From Eledone cirrhosa (Eukaryota), in the NCBI GenBank assembly GCA_964016885.1, contig OZ024742.1, positions 204,910,001-204,974,000 of the forward strand: a stretch of 64,000 bases of DNA, read 5' to 3'. The number at the start of each line of letters is the position of its first letter. The stretch's first letter is position 1. The translations under genes and the position numbers were made by a program. Below, piece by piece: positions 53,301 through 64,000 of this stretch. The notes under the pieces were generated by a model. It was not told the origin of the DNA, did not search any database, and saw only the letters and a program-made list of their open reading frames with translations.

Positions 53301-56300
53301 GACAGTCTAACTGGAACAGTAGATAAACTGTCTAACTGGAACAGTAGATAGACTGTCTAACTGGAACAGTAGATGGACAGTCTAACTGGGACAGTAGATA
53401 GACAGTCTAGCTGGGACAGTTGATAGACAGTCTAACTGGAACAGTAGATAGACTGTCTAACTGGAACAGTAGATAGACTGTCTAACTGGAACAGTAGATA
53501 GACGGTCTAACTGGAACAGTAGATAGACGGTCTAACTGGAACAGTAGATAGACTATGTGACTGGGACAGTTGATAGACAGTTTAACTGGGACAGTAGATA
53601 CACTGTCTGACTGGGACAGCGGCTAGACTGTCTAACTGGTACAGTTCATAGAAAGTTTAACTGGGACAGTTCATAGACAGTCTAACTGGGACATTAGATG
53701 GACTCTCTGACTGGGACAGTAGATAGACTGTTTGACTGTGACAGTTGATTGACAGCCTGACTGGGACAGTAGATAGAGTGTGTGCTTGGGAGGGTTCATA
53801 TACAGTCTAACTGGGATATTACATAAACTGTCTGACTGGGACAGTAGATAGACTGTCTGACTGAGACAGTCAATAGACTGTGTGACTGGGACAGTTGATA
53901 GACAGTTTAACTGGGACAGTAGATAGACAGTCTGACTGGGACGGTGGATAAACCATCTGACTGGGACAGTTAATAGACTGTCTGTCTGGGACAGTTCATA
54001 GACAATCTACCTGGGACATTAGATAGACTTCTGACTGTGTCAGTAGATAGACTATATGACTGAGACAGTTTATAGACTGTCTGACTCGGACAGTAGATAG
54101 ACTGTCTAACTGGAACAGTAGATCGACTGTCTGTTTCGGACAGTTCACAGACAGTGTAACTGGGACAGTTCATAGACAGTGTAACTGGGACATTAGTTAG
54201 ACTGTCTGACTGGGACATTAGATAGACTGTCTGACTGAGACAGTTCATAGACAGTCTGACTGGGACAGTTGATAGACTGTCTGACTGGGACAGTAGATAG
54301 ACTGTTTGCCTGGGACAGTTCATAGACATTGTAACTGGGACATTACATAGACTGTCTGACTGGGACAGTAGATAGACAGTCTGACTGAGACAGTTGATAG
54401 ACTGTCTTCCTGGGACAGTTCATAGACAGTCTAACTGGGACATCAGATAGACTGTCTGACTGGGACAGTTCATAGACAGTCTAACTGGGACATTAGATAG
54501 CCTGTCTGACTGGGACAGTAGAAAGCCTGTTTGACTGGGACAGTATATAGACTGTCTGACTGGGACAGTTGATAGACTGTCTGACTGGGACTCTTGATAG
54601 ACTGTCTAACTGGGACAGTTCATAGAAATTTTTAACAGGGACAGTTCTTAGACAGTCTAACTGGGACATTAGATAGACTCTCTGACTGGCACAGTAGATA
54701 GACTGTCTGACTGTGACAGTTGATAGACAGCCTGGCTGGAACAGTTGATAGACTGTCTGACTGGGACAGTAGATAGACTGTCTGACTGGGACAGTAGATA
54801 GACTGTGTGACTGTGACAGTAGATAGACTGTGTGACTGTGACAGTATATAGAATGTCTGCCTGGGACAGTTCATAGACAGTCTAACTGGGACATTAGATA
54901 GACAGTCTGACTGGGACAGTAGATAGACTGTCTTACTGGGACAGTAGATAGACTGTGACAGTTGATAGCCTGTCTGCCTGGGACAGTGCATAGACAGTCT
55001 AACTGGGACAACAGATAGACTGTCTGACTGGGACAGTAGATAGACAGTATGACTGGGACAGTAGATAGACAGTCTGGTTGAGACACTAGGTAGACAATTA
55101 TGAAAGGTAAATAATTTTATGTAAGACTTATATCCTTTTGTTTGTGTGTCTGCTTCTCCATGTTTTCTATCTATATTTGTCTGTTTATCCAGTAGATAGA
55201 CTGTCTGACTCTGACAGTTGAAAGACAGTCTGACTGGGATAGTATATAGACTGTCTGACTGGGACAGTAGATAGACAGTGTGACTTGAACAGTAGATAGA
55301 CTGTCTAACTGGAACAGTAGATAGACTCTCTGCCTGGGACAGTTCATAGACAGTCTACCTAAAACATTAGATAGACTGTCTGACTGGGACAGTAGATAGA
55401 CTGTGTGACTGGGACAGTTGCGAGACTGTCTGACTGGGATAGCGGATAGACTGTCTAACTGGGACATTAGATACACTGTCTGACTTGGACAGTAGATAGA
55501 CTGCCTGACTGTGATAGTTGATAGACAGTCTGACTGAGACACTAGGTAGACAATTATGAAAGGTAAATAATTTTATGTAAGACTTATATCCTTTTGTTTG
55601 TGTGTCTGCTTCTCCATGTTTTCTATCTATATTTGTCTGTTTATCCAGTAGATAGACTGTCTGACTGTGACAGTTGATAGACCATCTGACTGGGATAGTA
55701 TATAGACTGTCTGACTGGGATGGTAGATAGACAGTGTGACTGGAACAGTAGATAGACAGTCTAACTGGGACAGTAGATAGACTGTCTAACTGGAACAGTA
55801 GATAGACTGTGTGACAGTAGATAGACTCTCTGTCTGGGACAGTTCATACAAAGTCTACCTGGGATATTAGATAGACTGTCTGACTGATACAGTAGATGGA
55901 CTGTCTGACTGGGATAGTAGATAGACTGTTTGATTGGGACAGTAGTTAGACAGTTTGACTGGGACAGTAGATAGACAGTCTGGCTGGGACAGTAGATACA
56001 CTGTCTGACTGGGACAGTAGATAGACAGTCTAACTGGGACAGTAGATAGACAGTCTAACTGGAACAGTAGATAGACTGTCTAATTGGAACAGTAGATAGA
56101 CTATGTGAATGGGACAGTTGATAGACAGTCTAACTGGAACAGTAGATAAACTGTCTAACTGGAACAGTAGATAGACTGTCTAACTGGAACAGTAGATAGT
56201 CTATCTGACTGGGACAGTCGATAGGCTGTCTGTCTGGGACTGTTGATAGACAGTTTAACTGGGACAGTAGATAGACTGTCTGACTGGGACAGTAGATAGA

Positions 56301-59300
56301 CTGTTTGACTGGGACAGTTCATAGACAGTCTAACTGGGACATTAGATAGACTGTCGGACTGAGACAGTAGATAGACTGTCTGACTGGGACAGTAGGTAGA
56401 TAGTCTCACTGTGACAGTAGATAGACAGTCTGACTGGGAGAGTTGATAGACTGTCTGACTGACAGTTGATAGACTGTCTGACTGACAGTTGATAGACTGT
56501 CTGACTGACAGTTCATAGACAGTCTAACTGGGGCATTAGATAGACTGTCTGACTGGACCAGTAGATAAACTGTCTGACTGGACCAGTAGATAAACTGTCT
56601 GACTGAGACAGTTGATAGACTGTGACTGGGACAGTTGATAGACAGTTCAACTGGGACAGTAGATAGACTGTCTAACTGGAACAGTAGATAGACTGTCTAA
56701 CTGGAACAGTAGATAGACGGTCTAACTGGAACAGTAGATAGACTGTCTAACTGGAACAGTAGATAGACGGTCTAACTGGAACAGTAGATAGACTATGTGA
56801 CTGGGACAGTTGATAGACAGTTTAACTGGGACAGTAGATACACTGTCTGACTGGGACAGCGGCTAGACTGTCTAACTGGTACAGTTCATAGAAAGTTTAA
56901 CTGGGACAGTTCATAGACAGTCTAACTGGGACATTAGATGGACTCTCTGACTGGGACAGTAGATAGACTGTTTGACTGTGACAGTTGATTGACAGCCTGA
57001 CTGGGACAGTAGATAGATTGTCTGCTTGGGAGGGTTCATATACAGTCTAACTGGGATATTACATAAACTGTCTGACTGGGACAGTAGATAGACTGTCTGA
57101 CTGAGACAGTCAATAGACTGTGTGACTGGGACAGTTGATAGACAGTTTAACTGGGACAGTAGATAGACAGTCTGACTGGGACGGTAGATAAACCATCTGA
57201 CTGGGACAGTTAATAGACTGTCTGTCTGGGACAGTTCATACACAATCTACCTGGGACATTAGATAGACTTCTGACTGTGTCAGTAGATAGACTATATGAC
57301 TGAGACAGTTTATAGACTGTCTGACTGGGACAGTAGATAGACTGTCTAACTGGAACAGTAGATCGACTGTCTGTTTGGGACAGTTCACAGACAGTGTAAC
57401 TGGGACAGTTCATAGACAGTGTAACTGGGACATTAGTTAGACTGTCTGACTGGCACATTAGATAGACTGTCTGACTGAGACAGTTCATAGACAGTCTGAC
57501 TGGGACAGTTGATAGACTGTCTGACTGGGACAGTAGATAGACTGTTTGCCTGGGACAGTTCATAGACATTGTAACTGGGACATTACATAGACTGTCTGAC
57601 TGGGACAGTAGATAGACAGTCTGACTGAGACAGTTGATAGACTGTCTTCCTGGGACAGTTCATAGACAGTCTAACTGGGACATCAGATAGACTGTCTGAC
57701 TGGGACAGTTCATAGACAGTCTAACTGGGATATTAGATAGCCTGTCTGACTGGGACAGTAGAAAGCCTGTCTGACTGGGACAGTAGATAGACTGTCTGAC
57801 TGGGACAGTTGATAGACTGTCTGACTGGGACTCTTGATAGACTGTCTAACTGGGACAGTTCATAGAAATTTTTAACAGGGACAGTTCTTAGACAGTCTAA
57901 CTGGGACATTAGATAGACTCTCTGACTGGCACAGTAGATAGACTGTCTGACTGTGACAGTTGATAGACAGCCTGGCTGGAACAGTTGATAGACTGTCTGA
58001 CTGGGACAGTAGATAGACTGTCTGACTGGGACAGTAGATAGACTGTGTGACTGTGACAGTAGATAGACTGTGTGACTGTGACAGTATATAGAATGTCTGC
58101 CTGGGACAGTTCATAGACAGTCTAACTGGGACATTAGATAGACAGTCTGACTGGGACAGTAGATAGACTGTCTTACTGGGACAGTAGATAGACTGTGACA
58201 GTTGATAGCCTGTCTGCCTGGGACAGTGCATAGACAGTCTAACTGGGACAACAGATAGACTGTCTGACTGGGACAGTAGATAGACAGTATGACTGGGACA
58301 GTAGATAGACAGTCTGGTTGAGACACTAGGTAGACAATTATGAAAGGTAAATAATTTTATGTAAGACTTATATCCTTTTGTTTGTGTGTCTGCTTCTCCA
58401 TGTTTTCTATCTATATTTGTCTGTTTATCCAGTAGATAGACTGTCTGACTCTGACAGTTGAAAGACAGTCTGACTGGGATAGTATATAGACTGTCTGACT
58501 GGGACAGTAGATAGACAGTGTGACTTGAACAGTAGATAGACTGTCTAACTGGAACAGTAGATAGACTCTCTGCCTGGGACAGTTCATAGACAGTCTACCT
58601 AAAACATTAGATAGACTGTCTGACTGGGACAGTAGATAGACTGTGTGACTGGGACAGTTGCGAGACTGTCTGACTGGGATAGCGGATAGACTGTCTAACT
58701 GGGACATTAGATACACTGTCTGACTTGGACAGTAGATAGACTGCCTGACTGTGATAGTTGATAGACAGTCTGACTGAGACACTAGGTAGACAATTATGAA
58801 AGGTAAATAATTTTATGTAAGACTTATATCCTTTTGTTTGTGTGTCTGCTTCTCCATGTTTTCTATCTATATTTGTCTGTTTATCCAGTAGATAGACTGT
58901 CTGACTGTGACAGTTGATAGACCATCTGACTGGGATAGTATATAGACTGTCTGACTGGGATGGTAGATAGACAGTGTGACTGGAACAGTAGATAGACAGT
59001 CTAACTGGGACAGTAGATAGACTGTCTAACTGGAACAGTAGATAGACTGTGTGACAGTAGATAGACTCTCTGTCTGGGACAGTTCATACAAAGTCTACCT
59101 GGGATATTAGATAGACTGTCTGACTGATACAGTAGATGGACTGTCTGACTGGGATAGTAGATAGACTGTTTGATTGGGACAGTAGTTAGACAGTTTGACT
59201 GGGACAGTAGATAGACAGTCTGGCTGGGACAGTAGATACACTGTCTGACTGGGACAGTAGATAGACAGTCTAACTGGGACAGTAGATAGACAGTCTAACT

Positions 59301-61277
59301 GGAACAGTAGATAGACTGTCTAATTGGAACAGTAGATAGACTATGTGAATGGGACAGTTGATAGACAGTCTAACTGGAACAGTAGATAAACTGTCTAACT
59401 GGAACAGTAGATAGACTGTCTAACTGGAACAGTAGATAGTCTATCTGACTGGGACAGTCGATAGGCTGTCTGTCTGGGACTGTTGATAGACAGTTTAACT
59501 GGGACAGTAGATAGACTGTCTGACTGGGACAGTAGATAGACTGTTTGACTGGGACAGTTCATAGACAGTCTAACTGGGACATTAGATAGACTGTCGGACT
59601 GAGACAGTAGATAGACTGTCTGACTGGGACAGTAGGTAGATAGTCTCACTGTGACAGTAGATAGACAGTCTGACTGGGAGAGTTGATAGACTGTCTGACT
59701 GACAGTTGATAGACTGTCTGACTGACAGTTGATAGACTGTCTGACTGACAGTTCATAGACAGTCTAACTGGGGCATTAGATAGACTGTCTGACTGGACCA
59801 GTAGATAAACTGTCTGACTGAGACAGTTGATAGACTGTGACTGGGACAGTTGATAGACAGTTCAACTGGGACAGTAGATAGACTGTCTAACTGGAACAGT
59901 AGATAGACTGTCTAACTGGAACAGTAGATAGACGGTCTAACTGGAACAGTAGATAGACTGTCTAACTGGAACAGTAGATAGACTGTCTAACTGGAACAGT
60001 AGATAGACGGTCTAACTGGAACAGTAGATAGACTATGTGACTGGGACAGTTGATAGACAGTTTAACTGGGACAGTAGATACACTGTCTGACTGGGACAGC
60101 GGCTAGACTGTCTAACTGGTACAGTTCATAGAAAGTTTAACTGGGACAGTTCATAGACAGTCTAACTGGGACATTAGATGGACTCTCTGACTGGGACAGT
60201 AGATAGACTGTTTGACTGTGACAGTTGATTGACAGCCTGACTGGGACAGTAGATAGATTGTCTGCTTGGGAGGGTTCATATACAGTCTAACTGGGATATT
60301 ACATAAACTGTCTGACTGGGACAGTAGATAGACTGTCTGACTGAGACAGTCAATAGACTGTGTGACTGGGACAGTTGATAGACAGTTTAACTGGGACAGT
60401 AGATAGACAGTCTGACTGGGACGGTAGATAAACCATCTGACTGGGACAGTTAATAGACTGTCTGTCTGGGACAGTTCATACACAATCTACCTGGGACATT
60501 AGATAGACTTCTGACTGTGTCAGTAGATAGACTATATGACTGAGACAGTTTATAGACTGTCTGACTGGGACAGTAGATAGACTGTCTAACTGGAACAGTA
60601 GATCGACTGTCTGTTTGGGACAGTTCACAGACAGTGTAACTGGGACAGTTCATAGACAGTGTAACTGGGACATTAGTTAGACTGTCTGACTGGCACATTA
60701 GATAGACTGTCTGACTGAGACAGTTCATAGACAGTCTGACTGGGACAGTTGATAGACTGTCTGACTGGGACAGTAGATAGACTGTTTGCCTGGGACAGTT
60801 CATAGACATTGTAACTGGGACATTACATAGACTGTCTGACTGGGACAGTAGATAGACAGTCTGACTGAGACAGTTGATAGACTGTCTTCCTGGGACAGTT
60901 CATAGACAGTCTAACTGGGACATCAGATAGACTGTCTGACTGGGACAGTTCATAGACAGTCTAACTGGGACATTAGATAGCCTGTCTGACTGGGACAGTA
61001 GAAAGCCTGTCTGACTGGGACAGTAGATAGACTGTCTGACTGGGACAGTTGATAGACTGTCTGACTGGGACTCTTGATAGACTGTCTAACTGGGACAGTT
61101 CATAGAAATTTTTAACAGGGACAGTTCTTAGACAGTCTAACTGGGACATTAGATAGACTCTCTGACTGGGACAGTAGATAGACTGTTTGACTGTGACAGT
61201 TGATTGACAGCCTGACTGGAACAGTTGATAGACTGTCTGACTGGGACAGTAGATAGACTGTCTGCTTGGGACAGTTC
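20352..61277. repeat. Higher-order repeat domain: short (~2773-2798 bp) and long (~3215-3289 bp, one 3515 bp) units
   Basis: Marker GAAATTTTTAACAGGG occurs at about 20352, 23641, 27156, 28601 and 31359. It then recurs at periods 2797, 3289, 2798, 2798, 2773, 2798, 3215, 2798, 3240, 3240, taken mainly from the recurring MHCPRQ ORF coordinates. Confidence 0.93.
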
Positions 61278-64000
61278 ATAGACAGTCTAACTGGGATATT
61301 ACATAAACTCTCTGACTGGGGCAGTAGATAGACTGTCTGACTGAGACAATCAATAGACTGTGTGACTGGGACAGTTGATAGACAGTGTAACTGCGACAGT
61401 AGATAGACTGTCTGTCTGGGACAGTAGATAGACTTTCTAACTGGAACAGTAGATAGACTGTCTGCCTGGGACAGTTCATAGACATTCTACCTGGGACATT
61501 AGATAGACTTCTGACTGGGCCAGTAGATAGACTATCTGACTGAGACAGTGTATAGACTGTCTCCTGGGACAGTAGATAGGCTGTCTGACTGGGACACTTG
61601 ATAGACTGTCTGACTGGGACAGTTGATAGGCAGTCTGACTGGGACAGTTGATAGACTGGCTGACTGGGTCAGCGCATAGACTGTCTAACTGGGACAGTTC
61701 ATAGAAAGATTAACTGGGCCAGTTCTTAGACAGTCTAACTGGGACATTAGATAGACTCTCTGACTGGGACAGTAGTTAGACTGTATGAGTGTGACAGTTG
61801 ATAGTCAGCCTGGCTGGAACAGTTGATAGACTGTCTGACTGGGACAGTAGATTGACTGGGACAGTAGATAGACTGTGTGACTGTGACAGTAGATAGACTG
61901 TGTGACTGTGACAGTATATAGAATGTCTGCCTGGGACAGTTCATAGACAGTCTAACTGGGACATTAGATAGACAGTCTGACTGGGACAGTAGCTAGACTG
62001 TGAAACTGACAGTTGATAGCCTGTCTGCCTGGGACAGTGCATAGACAGTCTAACTGCGACATTAGATAGACTGTCTGACTGGGACATTAGATAGACAGTA
62101 TGACTGGGACAGTAGATAGACATTCTGGCTGAGACACTAGGTAGACAATTATGAAAGGTAAATAATTTTATGTAAGACTTATATCCTTTTGTTTGTGTGT
62201 CTGCTTCTCCATGTTTTCTATCTGTTTATCCAGTAGATAGACTGTCTGACTGTGACAGTTGAAAGACAGTCTGACTGGGACAGAAGATAGACAGTGTGAC
62301 TTGAACAGTAGATAGACAGTCTAACTGGGACAGTAGATAGACTGTCTAACTGGAACAGTAGATAGACTGTGTGACAGTAGATAGACTCTCTGCCTAGGAC
62401 AGTTCATAGACAGTTTCCCTAAGACATTAGATAGACTGTCTGTCTGGGACAGTCATAGACTATCTGACTGAGACAGTTTATAGACTGTCTGCCTGGGACA
62501 CTTGATAGACAGTTTAACTGGGACAGTAGATAGAGTGCCTAACTGTGACAGTAGATAGACTCTCTTACTGGAACAGTAGATAGACTGTCTGTCTGGGACA
62601 GTTCATAGACAGTCTACCTGGGACATTAGATAGACTTCTGACTGGGCCAGTAGATAGACTGTCTGCCTGCGACAGTTCATAGACAATCTACCTGGCACAT
62701 TAGATAGACTTCTGACTGTGCCAGTAGATAGACTATCTGACTGAGACAGTTTATAGACTGTCTGACTGGGACAGTAGATAGACTGTCTGACTGGGACACT
62801 TGATAGACTGTCTGACTGGGACAGTAGATAGACTGTCTGTCTGGGACAGTTGATAGACAGTCTGACTGGGACAGTTGATAGACTGTCTGACTGGGACAGC
62901 GGATAGACTGTCTAACTGGGACAGTTCTTAGACAGTCTAACTGGGACATTAGATAGACTCTCTGACTGGGACAGTAGATAGACTGTCTGACTGTGACAGT
63001 TGATAGTCAGCCTGGCTGGAACAGTTGATAGACTGTCTGACTGGGACAGTAGATAGACTGTCTGACTGGGACAGTAGATAGACTGTGTGACTCTGACAGT
63101 AGATAGACTGTGTGACTGTGACAGTATATAGAATGTCTGCCTGGGACAGTTCATAGACAGTCTAACTGGGACATTAGATAGACAGTCTGACTGGGACAGT
63201 AGATAGACTGTGAAACTGTGACAGTTGATAGCCTGTCTGCCTGGGACAGTGCATAGACAGTCTAACTGCGACAGTGCATAGACAGTCTAACTGCGACATT
63301 AGATAGACTGTCTGACTGGGACAGTAGATAGACAGTATGACTGGGACAATTGATAGACTGTCTGACTGGGACAGCGGTTAGACTGTCTAACTGGGACAGT
63401 TCATAGAAAGTTTAACTGGGACAGTTCATAGACAGTTTAACTGGGACATTAGATAGACTCTCTGACTGGGACAGTAGATAGACTGTTTGACTGTGACAGT
63501 TGATAGACAGCCTGACTGGAACAGTTGATAGACTGTCTGACTGGGACATTAGATAGACAGTCTGACTGGGACAGTAGATAGACTGTCTTACTGGGACAGT
63601 ATATAGACTGTGAGACTGTGACAGTAGATAGACTGTCTGCCTGGGACAGTTCATAGACAGTCTAACTGGGACATTAGATAGACTGTCTAACTGGAACAGT
63701 AGATAGTCTATCTGACTGGGACAGTCGATAGGCTGTCTGTCTGGGACTGTTGATAGACAGTTTAACTGGGACAGTAGATAGACTGTCTGACTGGGACAGT
63801 AGATAGACTGTTTGACTGGGACAGTTCATAGACAGTCTAACTGGGACATTAGATAGACTGTCGGACTGGGACAGTAGATAGACTGTCTGACTGGGACAGT
63901 AGGTAGAATGTCTCACTGTGACAGTAGATAGACAGTCTGACTGGGAGAGTTGATAGACTGTCTGACTGACAGTTGATAGACTGTCTGACTGACAGTTCAT

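Larger units (their letters stand above)
17890..64000. repeat. Satellite array, 25-bp monomer GACTGTCTGACTGGGACAGTAGATA, running off the window end
   Basis: Continuous head-to-tail monomers in one orientation with recurrent variants (CTAACTGGAACAG, CAGTTCATA, CATTAGATA, 23-bp GACTGTCTGACTGACAGTTGATA). Confidence 0.98.

Noticed and set aside
18234-62233. CRISPR-like repeat/spacer appearance
   Set aside because: The spacers are near-identical to each other, the monomers are contiguous, there are no cas genes, and the context is eukaryotic.
17940-64000. Dozens of minus-strand ORFs (YLLSQSDSLSTVPVRQSIYCPSQTV repeats)
   Set aside because: The reverse complement of the 25-bp consensus has no stop in any frame. 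Variants introduce stops and frameshifts freely, and a 25-bp period is not codon-preserving.

Overview
This is AT-rich, repeat-dense animal genomic DNA, probably cephalopod (Octopus-like), judging from the (TA)n tracts and the SINE/RTE content. Bases 1-17.4 kb are a nest of retroelements in TA microsatellites. They include four 5'-truncated RTE LINE copies, a tRNA-headed SINE carrying the same RTE tail, and three fold-back Penelope-type insertions at very different scales (about 0.2, 1.3 and 4.8 kb). The largest fold-back has an uninterrupted RT + GIY-YIG frame, ~1.8-kb near-identical inverted arms and a ~105-bp target duplication hidden in the microsatellite. Several hammerhead ribozyme motifs are present. 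At 17516-17620 is a single 105-nt phase-0 coding exon that resembles DAP3/MRPS29 (+ strand) and is absent from the ORF track. About 270 bp downstream begins a >46-kb satellite of a 25-bp dyad-symmetric monomer, organised into ~2.8/3.2-kb higher-order repeats. The array is punctuated by 27 copies of a ~110-bp spacer containing a GT...polypyrimidine...CAG mini-intron-like unit on the gene's sense strand. The minus-strand ORFs in the satellite are artefacts. All calls were made by eye, with no database search.
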